Below, in pieces: positions 53,360 through 64,000 of a stretch of 64,000 bases of DNA; the stretch's first letter is position 1, and every line of letters begins with the position of its first letter. The stretch is from NCBI GenBank assembly GCA_035493495.1, contig DATJIG010000074.1, positions 8,600 through 72,599 on the forward strand, written 5' to 3'. A program made the translations under genes and the position numbers. The DNA is from Alphaproteobacteria bacterium. Its GTDB lineage: Bacteria; Pseudomonadota; Alphaproteobacteria; SMXQ01. The notes below the pieces were generated by a model. It was not told the origin of the DNA and searched no databases. It saw only the letters and a list, made by a program, of their open reading frames with translations.

Positions 53360-53363
53360 CGGC

Positions 53364-55220
53364 TCATCGCGGCCCGAACAGCATGCTGTCGCCGAGCTCC
53401 TCGGCGCGGGCGCGCTCCAGCTCCTGGTTATACATGCGAAGCGCGTACGACTCGGTGACAAATCCGATCACCCGCCGGTCGGCTATCGACGCGACCACCG
53501 GCAGCGTCTCGAGCTCCGACGAGACGAACCGCTCGAGCGCCCCGCGCACCATCTGGCTCGGCAGCAGGTATTGCTCCTCGTCCTGCTTGAGCTCGCGGAT
53601 CGCCTTGACGTCGGCGTCGTCGTCGAGGTCGGCGACGTAGGCGTCGCTGGTGTTCACCAGCCCGGAATACTGGCCATTCTCGTCGAGCACGAAGACGTAC
53701 TTCACGCTGCCCAGCGCAAAGCGCCGGCGGAACTCCGAAATCGACATCGTCTCCGGGACGGTGTTGACGTCGCGCCGCATGATCTTGGCGACGGTGAGGT
53801 CGTGCATCCAGCCGATATCGGCGGCGCCGCGGATCGGCACGCCGCGGATGTGGAAGCGCCAGGTCGCGAACGAGTAGCCGAAGGTGAAGCGGACCACGGT
53901 GACGGCGAAGATCACCGCCACCATCACGCCCATGGCGACGTAGAAGTCGGCGGTCATCTCGAGGACCAGCAGGATCATCGTCACCGGCGCGCCGACCACC
54001 GCGGCGGCGACCGCGCCCATGCCGACCAGCGTGTAGGCGAGCACGTCGAGGTGGAGCGACGGCAGCGCCAGCGCCGCGAGCCCGCCGATGGCACCGCCGA
54101 ACAGCGTGCCGATGAACAGCGAGGTCGAGAACAGGCCGCCGCGGAAACCCGAGCCGATCGACACCGCCGAGGCCATGGCTTTGGCGGGGATCAGCGCCAG
54201 CAGCGCGAACGGCGAGAAGCCGAGGCCGAGCACCGCCTCCATGGCGCCGTGGCCGCTGCCGAGTACCTGGGGGAAGAAGAACGCGGTGCCGCCGAGCACC
54301 ACGCCGCCGATCGCCGGCCGCAGCCAGATCGGCACCGACCAGGCGCGGAAACCACGCTCGATCCAGGTGACGGCGATCATGATGGCGATGCCGAGGCCCG
54401 CCGCGGCGATGCCGAGCAGGCCGAACAACGCGTAATCCCAGCCGCCGATCTGGACCGATGTCGCGGTCAGGAAGATCGGCTCCGATCCCAGCAACCAGCG
54501 CGAGGTGAAGGCGCCGCCGAGCGCCGCGACCGTCACAGGCGCCAGCACCGCCGGCGAGTACATGCCTATCACCAGCTCGAAAGCGTAAAACGCGCCGGCG
54601 AGCGGGGCGTTGAACGCCGCGGCGATGGCCGCCGCGGCGCCGCAGCCGACCAAGGTCCGCAGGTCGCTGCGTCGGACCCGAAGCACCCGACCGGCGGTCG
54701 AGGCGAGTCCGGCGCCGATCTGGGTGTACGCCGCCTCCATGCCGACCGAGGCGCCGAAGCCGCCCGACAACAGAGTCAGGATCGCGAGATTGATGCTGTC
54801 GACCAGCGACAGCCGTCCGCCATAGAGGGCATTGGCCTCGATCGCGTCGACCATTTCGCGGGGTCGCCAGGTGCGGATCAGCACCGTGACGAGGCCGACG
54901 ACGAGGCCGCCCACGATCGGCACCGCGATGACGTAGCGCCAGTCGAGTCCGATGCCCTCGCTCAGCAGTTGGCCGCTCGGCATGCGAAACACCGTCTCGT
55001 GCAGCCACTGCATCATGACGTGCAGCACGACAACGCCGGCGCCGATGGCGATGCCCATCGCCGCGGCGAGGCCGATCAGCGCGATCTGGTTGTTGCGAAG
55101 CTTGCGGCGCTCGAGGTCCCACATGAGCGCCCGCCAGCGCACGCGGGCGGCCTGGTGCGCCTCCTTGATGGAGTTGCCCGAGGGGACCAGACGAGGAATG
55201 AGGGTGCCGAAATCGATCAC
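53364..55220 (-). CDS. ClC-family voltage-gated chloride channel/transporter with C-terminal CBS pair
   Basis: 618 aa. Multi-TM core with ClC-like motifs GASVGMEA, GLFSTSLFIG and GAFYAFE. The C-terminal roughly 140 aa has the CBS-domain pattern (VAKIMRRDVNTVPETMSI ... LPVVASIADRRVIGFVTE). Confidence 0.85.
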   Translation of the reverse strand: MIDFGTLIPRLVPSGNSIKEAHQAARVRWRALMWDLERRKLRNNQIALIGLAAAMGIAIGAGVVVLHVMMQWLHETVFRMPSGQLLSEGIGLDWRYVIAVPIVGGLVVGLVTVLIRTWRPREMVDAIEANALYGGRLSLVDSINLAILTLLSGGFGASVGMEAAYTQIGAGLASTAGRVLRVRRSDLRTLVGCGAAAAIAAAFNAPLAGAFYAFELVIGMYSPAVLAPVTVAALGGAFTSRWLLGSEPIFLTATSVQIGGWDYALFGLLGIAAAGLGIAIMIAVTWIERGFRAWSVPIWLRPAIGGVVLGGTAFFFPQVLGSGHGAMEAVLGLGFSPFALLALIPAKAMASAVSIGSGFRGGLFSTSLFIGTLFGGAIGGLAALALPSLHLDVLAYTLVGMGAVAAAVVGAPVTMILLVLEMTADFYVAMGVMVAVIFAVTVVRFTFGYSFATWRFHIRGVPIRGAADIGWMHDLTVAKIMRRDVNTVPETMSISEFRRRFALGSVKYVFVLDENGQYSGLVNTSDAYVADLDDDADVKAIRELKQDEEQYLLPSQMVRGALERFVSSELETLPVVASIADRRVIGFVTESYALRMYNQELERARAEELGDSMLFGPR

Positions 55221-55281
55221 GCGACGCTCGTAGCCATGACGCCCGGGACCGTAGCCTCGGGGGAAGCCGGTGAACGTGCGG

Positions 55282-56463
55282 TTACTCTATGACGATTTTA
55301 GGGCCGGTCCGGCTGGCCCCGGCGAGCTGATCCCATATCTTTTCGGCAATTTCGAGGAATGCCTTCGCGTGCTCGCCGCCCGGCTGCGACGCGACGATCG
55401 GCTGGCCCGCATCGGAGGTCTCGCGAATCGGCAGCGCCAGCGGGATTTCGCCCAGGAACGGCACGTTCAGACGCTCTGCTTCGCGCCGCGCGCCGCCGTG
55501 GGCGAAGATCTGGCTCTCGTGGCCGCAGTTCGGGCACACGAACGTCGACATGTTCTCGACGATGCCGAGGATCGGTACCGCCACCTTGCGGAACATGGCG
55601 ATGCCCTTGCGGGCGTCGAGCAGCGCGATGTCCTGCGGCGTCGAGACGATCACGGCACCGGCCAGCGGCACCCGCTGCGACATGGTGAGCTGGGCGTCGC
55701 CGGTGCCGGGCGGCATGTCGACGACGAGGACGTCGATCTCGCCCCAGGCGACGTCGCGCAGCAACTGCTCGAGCGCGCCGATCACCATCGGCCCGCGCCA
55801 GATCATCGGCGTGTCTTCCTTGACGAGGAAGCCGATCGACATGCAGCGCACGCCGTAGTTCACCATCGGCATCATCTTTTTGCCGTCGGAGCTCGGCGTC
55901 GGACGACCGCTGATGCCCATCATGCGCGGCTGCGACGGACCGTAGATGTCGGCGTCGAGCAGGCCGACCGAATGTCCGAGCTTCGCGAGCGCCACGGCGA
56001 GATTGGTGGCGACCGTCGACTTTCCGACGCCGCCCTTGCCCGAGGCTACCGCGACCACGTGCTTGATGCCGGGCAGCGGCGCCTTCTGGCCGCCGCCCTC
56101 GGCGCCGGTCATCGCCTGGCGTCGCGCCGCAGCGATGTCCGCCTGACTCGACCCCTGGCCGGAGGCGCGCATCGGCGATCCTTGGGGCGTTCCCGGGGGC
56201 GAGGCACCCGCCGTCCGTTCCGCGGTCAGCACCGCTGTCACCGAGGTGACGCCGGGAATCGCCTTCACTGCGCTCTCGGCGCGCTTGCGCAGCGGCTCGA
56301 GTCGCGGGCCGCGCTCCGGCTCGACCTCGATCGAAAAGCCGATGTTGGTGCCTTTGACGACCACGCCCGACACCATGCCGAGCGAGACGATGTCGCCGCC
56401 TCGTTCCTCGTCGCGGACTGCCGCCAAAGCGGCCAAAACGGCGTCACGGGTGATATCGGGCAT
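55282..56463 (-). CDS. apbC: Mrp/ApbC iron-sulfur cluster carrier ATPase
   Basis: Start at the internal Met (56463). N-terminal MIP18/DUF59-like domain, deviant Walker A VASGKGGVGKSTV and the CPNCGH cluster-binding motif. Confidence 0.9.
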   Translation of the reverse strand: MPDITRDAVLAALAAVRDEERGGDIVSLGMVSGVVVKGTNIGFSIEVEPERGPRLEPLRKRAESAVKAIPGVTSVTAVLTAERTAGASPPGTPQGSPMRASGQGSSQADIAAARRQAMTGAEGGGQKAPLPGIKHVVAVASGKGGVGKSTVATNLAVALAKLGHSVGLLDADIYGPSQPRMMGISGRPTPSSDGKKMMPMVNYGVRCMSIGFLVKEDTPMIWRGPMVIGALEQLLRDVAWGEIDVLVVDMPPGTGDAQLTMSQRVPLAGAVIVSTPQDIALLDARKGIAMFRKVAVPILGIVENMSTFVCPNCGHESQIFAHGGARREAERLNVPFLGEIPLALPIRETSDAGQPIVASQPGGEHAKAFLEIAEKIWDQLAGASRTGPKIVIE

Positions 56464-56615
56464 GTCGGGTGTCCTGAAGGCGCCAAGCCGTTGGAATCCC
56501 GAGTGCAAGAAACGGGTCCGGCTCGCGTTGCGCTTACCTATCCCCTGTCATATAAGGCGAGGCCCGCTCCGGCAACACGGACGAGGGCAATGCGTTGGTT
56601 CAGCGGAGAGTCAGA

Positions 56616-57776
56616 ATGCCGTGGACGAATCAGGGTGGCGGTGGCGGTGGCGGCGGGGGCGGGGGACCTTGGGGCGGCGGTGGCAGCGGCGGTAGTCGCG
56701 GACCCGGCGGTCAAGGCCCGTGGAATCGTGGCCCGCAGCCGCCCGATCTCGAGGACCTGCTGCGGCGCAGCCAGGACCGGTTCCGTAAGATCTTTCCGGG
56801 CGGCACCAGCAGCTCGCGCAGCGTCATCTTCATCGTGCTCGCGGCGATCGTGGTGTGGCTCGCCTCGGGCATCTACCGCGTCCAGCCGGACGAGCAGGGC
56901 GTCGTCCTGCGCTTCGGCCAGTGGCTGCCAGACCGGACCACGCAGTCGGGCCTTCACTATCACCTGCCGTACCCAATCGAGACCGTGCTGACGCCGAAGG
57001 TGACCACGGTCAATCGCATCGATGTCGGCTTCCGCGCCAACGCGTCGGGCTCCGCGTCGCGCGCCGAAGAGGCGCTGATGCTGACCGGCGACGAGAACAT
57101 CGTCGACATCAACTTCACCGTGTTCTGGGTCATCAAGGACGCGGGCCAGTTCCTGTTCAACGTCCGCGATCCCGAAGAGACGGTGAAGGCGATGGCCGAG
57201 TCGGCCATGCGCGAGGTCATCGGCCGCTCCAAGATCCAGCAGGTCCTGGCGGAGGAGCGCGCGCAGATCGAGGTCAGCACCCGCGGGCTGCTCCAGCAGA
57301 TTCTCGATCATTACGGCAGCGGCATCGACATCACGCAACTCCAGCTGCAGAAGGTCGATCCGCCGGCGCCGGTGGTCGACGCTTTCCGCGACGTGCAGCG
57401 CGCCCGCGCCGACGCCGAGCGCGCCCGCAACGAGGCCGAGGGCTATGCCAACGACATCCTGCCGCGCGCCCGCGGCGACGCCGAGCGCATCGTCCAGGAG
57501 GGCGAGGCCTACAAGCAGGAGGTGGTTGCGCGGGCCCAGGGTGACGCGCAGCGCTTCCTCTCCGTCTACGAGCAGTACCGCCAGGCGAAGGACGTCACCA
57601 CGCGTCGCATCTATCTCGAGACGATGGAGCAGATCCTGAGCCACGCGAACAAGATGATCCTCGATCAGAAGGTCGGTTCCGGCGCGGTTCCCTACCTGCC
57701 GCTCCCGGGTCTCGCTCCGACGCCGAAGCCGCTGGAGCAGTCCGGCAACCAATCCTCCCCATCCACCGGGCGCTGA
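56616..57776 (+). CDS. hflK: Protease modulator HflK (SPFH/band-7)
   Basis: ATG at 56616. Gly-rich N-terminus, one TM segment, SPFH domain (YRVQPDEQGVVLRFGQW). Followed by hflC. Confidence 0.9.
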   Translation: MPWTNQGGGGGGGGGGGPWGGGGSGGSRGPGGQGPWNRGPQPPDLEDLLRRSQDRFRKIFPGGTSSSRSVIFIVLAAIVVWLASGIYRVQPDEQGVVLRFGQWLPDRTTQSGLHYHLPYPIETVLTPKVTTVNRIDVGFRANASGSASRAEEALMLTGDENIVDINFTVFWVIKDAGQFLFNVRDPEETVKAMAESAMREVIGRSKIQQVLAEERAQIEVSTRGLLQQILDHYGSGIDITQLQLQKVDPPAPVVDAFRDVQRARADAERARNEAEGYANDILPRARGDAERIVQEGEAYKQEVVARAQGDAQRFLSVYEQYRQAKDVTTRRIYLETMEQILSHANKMILDQKVGSGAVPYLPLPGLAPTPKPLEQSGNQSSPSTGR

Positions 57777-57785
57777 GGCACAGCC

Positions 57786-58685
57786 ATGAAGACCAACACC
57801 CTTGCGGTTACGGCCGTGGCGGTCCTGGCGCTGGTGCTCCTGGCGCTCGCCACATCCCTGTTCACCGTCAATCAGACCCAGCAGGCGCTGGTGCTGCAGT
57901 TCGGCGAACTCAAGCGCGTCATCAAGGAGCCGGGCCTCAAGTTAAAGGTCCCGCTGATGCAGAACGTCGTCTACATCGACAACCGCGTGCTCGATCTCGA
58001 TCCGCCGGCGGAGGAAGTGATCGCCTCCGACCAGAAGCGCATCGTCGTCGACGCGGTCGCCCGGTACCGCATCAACGATCCGCTCAAATTCCTGCAAACC
58101 GTCGGCAACGAGTCGGGCCTGCAGGCGCGGTTGTCGCGCATCGTCAATGGCTCGTTGCGCAATGTCATTGGCAACTACACGCTGCTCGACGTCCTGTCGG
58201 AGAAGCGCGCGGCGATCATGTCGGAGATCCGCGACCAGGTGAACGGTGAGGTATCGGGGTTCGGCGTCTCCGTCATCGACGTCCGGCTGCGGCGCGCCGA
58301 CCTGCCGCAGGCCAACTCCGACGCGATCTTCCAACGCATGCGCTCGGAGCGCGATCGCGAGGCCAAGCAGGCCCGCGCCGAGGGCGCCGAGATCGCCCAG
58401 CGCATCCGCGCCCGCGCCGAGCGCGAGCGCACGGTCATCACCGCCGAGGCCCAGAAGACGTCGCAGATCGTCCGAGGCGAGGGCGACGCGCAGTCGGTGA
58501 AGATCTACGCCGACGCGTTCGGCCGCGATCCGCAGTTCTTCGCTTTCTACCGTTCGATGGAGGCCTACCGCAAAGCGCTCGGCGGCGACAACACGACCAT
58601 GGTGCTGGCGCCGGATTCGGAGTTCTTCCGGTTCTTCAACCTGTCCGAGCCGAACGCCGATCCGCGTCCCGCACAGCGCCGGTGA
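57786..58685 (+). CDS. hflC: Protease modulator HflC (SPFH/band-7)
   Basis: 299 aa. N-terminal TM segment, then FTVNQTQQALVLQFGELKRVIKEPGLKLKVP, typical of HflC. Confidence 0.9.
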   Translation: MKTNTLAVTAVAVLALVLLALATSLFTVNQTQQALVLQFGELKRVIKEPGLKLKVPLMQNVVYIDNRVLDLDPPAEEVIASDQKRIVVDAVARYRINDPLKFLQTVGNESGLQARLSRIVNGSLRNVIGNYTLLDVLSEKRAAIMSEIRDQVNGEVSGFGVSVIDVRLRRADLPQANSDAIFQRMRSERDREAKQARAEGAEIAQRIRARAERERTVITAEAQKTSQIVRGEGDAQSVKIYADAFGRDPQFFAFYRSMEAYRKALGGDNTTMVLAPDSEFFRFFNLSEPNADPRPAQRR

Positions 58686-58788
58686 ATGGGACCGGTGAGG
58701 GGCCCCGTAAGGCTCGCTGACGGAGCCCGGAACGCGTGCCGCGCGGTGTCGTTAGTCCTCGTTAAAGCCCACCAATTGCTGCGTATTG

Positions 58789-58814
58789 ACCCCGGGGGGA
58801 GCGTTCCCCGGGGT
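58789..58814 (+). terminator. Hairpin downstream of hflC (weak terminator/attenuator candidate)
   Basis: ACCCCGGGG-GGAGCGTT-CCCCGGGGT: 9-bp GC stem 104 nt after the hflC stop. The following sequence GCCATATTTCC is only weakly T-rich. Confidence 0.3.
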
Positions 58815-58910
58815 GCCATATTTCCACCACAATGCGCGGGCAACACGGACGCATTTCCCGCCCCGCTTTGCCGTTCCGGCCCGTCCCGCGGGTCGCGTTA
58901 TTCGGAGGTC

Positions 58911-60398
58911 ATGTTGATGGTTCCGGTCCTTCGCTCGTTGGCGTCGGGTATTCGTGGCGGCGTGGGCATCCTTGCCGTCGCGGGCCTGATGATCGCCACC
59001 CCCCATGCTCCGGCGCAGGCGCGCGGGCCCGAGGGATTTGCCGATCTCGCCGAGCGGCTGCTGCCCGCGGTGGTCAACATTTCGTCGACCTCGGTGTCGC
59101 GCGAGCGCGCCCAGCGCGGCCCGGAGATCCCGCAGTTCCCGCCGGGGTCGCCGTTCGAGGAATTCTTCAAGGACTTCCTCGACCGTAACCGCCCCGACGC
59201 TCCGCCGCGGCGCGTCACGTCGCTCGGCTCGGGCTTCATCATCGACTCCACAGGCTACGTCGTGACCAACAATCACGTCATCGACGACGCCGAGGAGATC
59301 ACCGTCATCCTCCAGGACAACACCACGCTCAAGGCGAAGCTGGTCGGCAAGGACACCAAGACCGACATCGCGCTCCTCAAGGTCGATACCGACAAGAAGC
59401 TGACATCGGTGAAGTTCGGCGATTCCGACAAGGCGCGCGTCGGCGACTGGGTGATGGCGATCGGCAATCCGTTCGGATTGGGCGGCACGGTGACCGCGGG
59501 CATCCTGTCGGCTCGCGCCCGCGACATCAATTCGGGTCCGTATGACGACTATCTGCAGACCGACGCGTCGATCAACACCGGCAACTCCGGCGGTCCGATG
59601 TTCAACATGGATGGCGACGTCATCGGCGTGAACACCGCGATCCTGTCGCCGAGCGGCGGCTCGATCGGCATCGGCTTCGCAATCCCGTCGCGTCTGGTGA
59701 TGACCGTCGTCGATCAGCTCCGCCAGTTCGGCGTGACCAAGCGCGGCTGGCTCGGTGTGCGCATCCAGACCGTCACCGACGACATCGCCGAAAATCTCGG
59801 TCTGTCGAAGGCGCGCGGCGCGCTGGTCGCCGGCGTCACCGAAGGTGGCCCGGCCGAAAAGGCCGGCATCGAAGCGGGCGACGTGGTTACCAAGTTTGAC
59901 GGCAAGGACGTGCCTGACATGCGCCGTCTGCCGCGCATCGTCGCCGAGACGCCGATCGACAAGGAAGTCCCGGTCGAGGTCTGGCGCAAGGGCAAGGCCA
60001 CCAACGTCAAGGTCAAGGTCGGCGAACTCAAGGAGGAGGAGCAGCAGGCCAAGGACGAGAATGCGCCGCAACCCGAGGCGACGCCGCGCGACACCGCGAC
60101 GGTGCTCGGCCTGACGCTGTCGTCGCTGACCTCGCCGCTGCGTGACCGCTATAAGCTCGATCCCAACCTCAAGGGCGTGCTCATCACCCAGGTGGCGAAC
60201 GATTCGCCGGCGCGCGGCCAAGGCCTGAGCCCGGGCGACGTCATCCTCGAGGCAGCGTCGAAGAAGGTTTCGTCGCCCAAGGAGGTGCAGGCGGCGGTTG
60301 AGGACGCCAAGTCCAAGAAGCGCAAATCGGTCCTGCTGATGGTCGAGGGGCGCAACGGCCAGAACTTCGTCGTGCTTCCGATCGAGGCGAAGCGCTAG
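58911..60398 (+). CDS. degP: Periplasmic serine endoprotease, DegP/DegQ (HtrA, Do) family, two PDZ domains
   Basis: ATG at 58911 preceded by GGAGG. Signal peptide. Catalytic triad context TNNHV / DIALLKV / GNSGGPMF. Two PDZ-like regions. Confidence 0.9.
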   Translation: MLMVPVLRSLASGIRGGVGILAVAGLMIATPHAPAQARGPEGFADLAERLLPAVVNISSTSVSRERAQRGPEIPQFPPGSPFEEFFKDFLDRNRPDAPPRRVTSLGSGFIIDSTGYVVTNNHVIDDAEEITVILQDNTTLKAKLVGKDTKTDIALLKVDTDKKLTSVKFGDSDKARVGDWVMAIGNPFGLGGTVTAGILSARARDINSGPYDDYLQTDASINTGNSGGPMFNMDGDVIGVNTAILSPSGGSIGIGFAIPSRLVMTVVDQLRQFGVTKRGWLGVRIQTVTDDIAENLGLSKARGALVAGVTEGGPAEKAGIEAGDVVTKFDGKDVPDMRRLPRIVAETPIDKEVPVEVWRKGKATNVKVKVGELKEEEQQAKDENAPQPEATPRDTATVLGLTLSSLTSPLRDRYKLDPNLKGVLITQVANDSPARGQGLSPGDVILEAASKKVSSPKEVQAAVEDAKSKKRKSVLLMVEGRNGQNFVVLPIEAKR

Positions 60399-60420
60399 CG
60401 TTCCGTAAGGGGCTTACGGA

Positions 60421-60452
60421 AACGGGCGCCTTCCGGCGCCCGTTTTCATTTT
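60421..60452 (+). terminator. Rho-independent terminator of the hflKC-degP unit (abuts the serB stop codon)
   Basis: AACGGGCGCC-TTCC-GGCGCCCGTT: 10-bp stem followed by TTCATTTT. A second hairpin TTCCGTAAG-GGG-CTTACGGAA lies just upstream at 60401-60421. Confidence 0.75.
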
Positions 60453-61360
60453 GAGGGCTGGACGCGGGAGACGATCTCGTCGTCGCGATAGCCCTGCAGA
60501 TACAGGAGACTGCGAAGATCACCGTGGATGATTCGGATCTTTGCCGCCGCGGCAACCGCGGGCTTGGCGTGGAACGCGACACCGAGCCCGGCCGCCTTCA
60601 GCATCGGCAGGTCGTTCGCGCCGTCGCCGACGGTGACCGCGTCCTCGGGCGTGAGTCCGCGATTGCCGGCGAGCTTGCGCAGCGCCGCTTCCTTAGCCTC
60701 GCGGCCGAGGATTGGCTCGGCCACACGGCCCATGAGATGACCGCCCAGCACGACGAGCTCGTTCGCCTGATGCGTATCGAATCCCAGCCGTTCCTTGATC
60801 CGGCCCGTGAACCAGGTGAAGCCGCCCGAGACCAGCGCCGTGTACGCGCCGTGCGCGCGCATGGTCGCGACGAGCTGCGGCGCTCCGGGCATGATGCGCA
60901 CGCGCTGCATCGCCGCATTCAGGACCGATTCGGGAAGCCCGCGCAGCAGTACCACGCGTTCGCGCACGGCGGCGGCGAAGTCGAGCTCGCCGTTCATTGC
61001 CCGGCGGGTGATGTCGGCGACGCGGTCGCGCGCGCCGACGAAGTCCGCGAGCTCGTCCAGCATCTCGTTCTCGATAATGGTCGATTCCATGTCGGCGACG
61101 AGCATCTTCTTGCGGCGGCCTTCGGCGGGCACGACGTTGACATCGACGGGCTGATCGTCGAGCGCCGCATGGGCGCGCTTGGCGACGGCCTCGGGATCGC
61201 CGTCGAAGGCGATGTCGCACGCGCGCGACGGCGCGAGCCACACCGGGGCCGCGATGGGCGCCGCGCGGGCCGCCTCGTCGGCGGCCAGTTCGGCTGTGCT
61301 GTTCGCAAGGGTGCCGCCGCTCGCGGCAATGAGAGACAGGACGAAACGCATGGCGCGCAT
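60446..61360 (-). CDS. serB: Phosphoserine phosphatase
   Basis: HAD motifs VADMESTII and GDGANDLPML. Start at Met 61360 or 61351, so the N-terminus is uncertain. Confidence 0.85.
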   Translation of the reverse strand: MRAMRFVLSLIAASGGTLANSTAELAADEAARAAPIAAPVWLAPSRACDIAFDGDPEAVAKRAHAALDDQPVDVNVVPAEGRRKKMLVADMESTIIENEMLDELADFVGARDRVADITRRAMNGELDFAAAVRERVVLLRGLPESVLNAAMQRVRIMPGAPQLVATMRAHGAYTALVSGGFTWFTGRIKERLGFDTHQANELVVLGGHLMGRVAEPILGREAKEAALRKLAGNRGLTPEDAVTVGDGANDLPMLKAAGLGVAFHAKPAVAAAAKIRIIHGDLRSLLYLQGYRDDEIVSRVQPSK

Positions 61361-61452
61361 ATTGGGTGCGGTGTCGCGGCTTGGCAAGCGTGCCGCGCCG
61401 CGCTTCGGCCCGCCGAGTCGCGCCCCCGATTGTCCCTGAGGTACGATGGAGT

Positions 61453-62409
61453 ATGGGCGTGACCACAAAGCCAATCGTGATCGTTGCCGGGCCGACGGCC
61501 AGCGGAAAGTCGGCGCTGGCGCTGCGGCTCGCCGAAGACTTCGGCGGCACGATCATCAACGCCGACTCGATGCAGGTCTACGAGGGCATCGAGATCATCA
61601 CCAGCCAGCCCGATGCGGACGCGCGCGAGCGCAGGCCGCACCGCCTCTACGGCGTGCTCGATCCCGCCGATCCGTGCTCGACCGCGCGCTGGCGCGATCT
61701 CGCCCGCGCCGAGATCGCGCGTACGGAGGAGGCGGGGCGCCTGCCGATCCTGGTGGGCGGCACCGGGCTCTACCTGCGCACCCTGATGAGCGGCATCGCG
61801 GACCTGCCGCCGATCGCCGACGAGGCGCGCAGCAAGGCGCGCCGTCGCCACGCCGATCTCGGAGGAGCCGCGTTCCGCATCGAACTTGCGACGCTCGATC
61901 GGGAGTCGGCCGAGCGGCTCCATGCCAGCGACACCCAGCGACTGATCCGCGCCTACGAGGTGGCGGTCGGGACGGGAACGTCGCTGTCCGAATGGCAGCG
62001 CCGCGCCAACGCCGATGGTGCCGCATCCGATCTCGCGGCGTTCACGATCGTGCTCGATCCCCCGCGCGAGGGACTGCGCACCACCATCGCGACGCGGCTC
62101 GCGGCCATGGTGAAAGCAGGCGCCGTCGACGAGGTGCGGGCACTAATGGCGCGCCAGCTTCCCGACGATCGGCCGGCGATGAAGGCGCTCGGCGTGCGCG
62201 AGTTTGCCGCGCACCTCGCCGGACTGTCGTCGCTGGACGAGGCGATTGCCGCGACGGCGATTGCAACCGCGCAGTACGCGAAGCGCCAGTCGACCTGGTT
62301 CCGGCATCAGACCGAGCCCGATATTCTGCTAAACGCGAAATTTTCGGAAAGCGCATACCCAGAATTAACTTCTAAAGTTTCAAAGTTTCTCTTGACGGCG
62401 AAAGATTGA
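61453..62409 (+). CDS. miaA: tRNA dimethylallyltransferase
   Basis: ATG at 61453. P-loop AGPTASGKSALAL, then INADSMQVY and VGGTGLYLR, typical of MiaA. Confidence 0.9.
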   Translation: MGVTTKPIVIVAGPTASGKSALALRLAEDFGGTIINADSMQVYEGIEIITSQPDADARERRPHRLYGVLDPADPCSTARWRDLARAEIARTEEAGRLPILVGGTGLYLRTLMSGIADLPPIADEARSKARRRHADLGGAAFRIELATLDRESAERLHASDTQRLIRAYEVAVGTGTSLSEWQRRANADGAASDLAAFTIVLDPPREGLRTTIATRLAAMVKAGAVDEVRALMARQLPDDRPAMKALGVREFAAHLAGLSSLDEAIAATAIATAQYAKRQSTWFRHQTEPDILLNAKFSESAYPELTSKVSKFLLTAKD

Positions 62410-62432
62410 CGCTTTAGGTTCCGCGCAGCTTG

Positions 62433-62459
62433 AACGGGGCCAGTCATGCTGGCCCCGTT
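62433..62459 (+). terminator. Hairpin after miaA (terminator candidate, poor U-tract)
   Basis: AACGGGGCCAG-TCATG-CTGGCCCCGTT: 11-bp stem 24 nt after the miaA stop, followed by TGTCGTCC. Confidence 0.45.
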
Positions 62460-62532
62460 TGTCGTCCCCGTGGCTGCGTTTCGAAGCGGCAATTTCTCGT
62501 CGATGCTTGTGGGTTGGGATCGGAGTGGTGTG

Positions 62533-64000
<1,468 letters not shown>

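Noticed and set aside
53100-55292. 730-aa plus-strand ORF and a 564-aa alternative minus frame (53428..55122) over the ClC gene
   Set aside because: The 618-aa minus-strand frame gives a coherent multi-TM ClC + CBS protein. The competitors are highly charged, His/Arg/Asp-rich low-complexity sequences.
55270-56991. 573-aa plus-strand ORF
   Set aside because: It is antisense to apbC/mrp and continues through the divergent promoter into hflK in a different frame, so it cannot be a real gene.

Overview
GC-rich bacterial chromosome segment. Single 60-nt lines I counted by hand give about 63% GC in backbone genes. Gene content and the hflK-hflC-degP / serB / miaA / ilvI order suggest an alphaproteobacterium, possibly Hyphomicrobiales or Bradyrhizobiaceae-like; this is inference only.

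Four blocks:
1. 1-12.4 kb: one co-directional 11-gene array. It holds a two-subunit Rieske dioxygenase, a VOC::Rieske-ferredoxin fusion, two more VOC proteins, an M24-fold protein, two tandem paralogous ABC binding proteins plus a fused double permease (no ATPase), a second Rieske oxygenase and a UbiD-family decarboxylase. A convergent LysR gene closes it.
2. 12.4-33.4 kb: an accessory catabolic island. Seven Bug/TctC-type periplasmic binding-protein genes are interleaved with single enzymes: PhyH-type dioxygenase, SDR, amidohydrolase-2, a HyuA/HyuB/gamma-like ATP-dependent enzyme, dienelactone hydrolase, and FMN reductase plus a RutA-like LLM monooxygenase. A second LysR gene lies inside it.
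3. 33.4-47.1 kb: a polysaccharide locus. Two tandem GH16 glycanase paralogs face an 8-gene Wzx/Wzy-type operon: TagA/CpsF-like GT, ExoP-like co-polymerase/tyrosine kinase, Wzy-like polymerase, WecA/MraY-like initiating transferase, flippase, DXD glycosyltransferase, a two-Rossmann flavoprotein and an ATP-grasp ligase.
4. 47.3-64 kb: core genes. These are mmsA, a 700-nt non-coding gap with REP-like nested inverted repeats, thyX, a BigR/SqrR-type sulfide-response cluster, a ClC channel, apbC/mrp, hflK, hflC, a DegP-like protease, serB, miaA and the 5' part of ilvI.

I found no rRNA, tRNA, CRISPR array, transposase, integrase or recognisable defence gene.

The best candidates for undescribed biology:
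- a hydantoinase/acetone-carboxylase-type three-gene enzyme whose gamma-like zinc-ribbon subunit is fused to an isochorismatase-like domain, set in a Rut-like mosaic;
- the flavoprotein + ATP-grasp tailoring pair in the polysaccharide operon;
- the Rieske/UbiD/VOC array with its unusual VOC::Rieske fusion.

All family calls rest on motifs I read in the translations. No database search was run.
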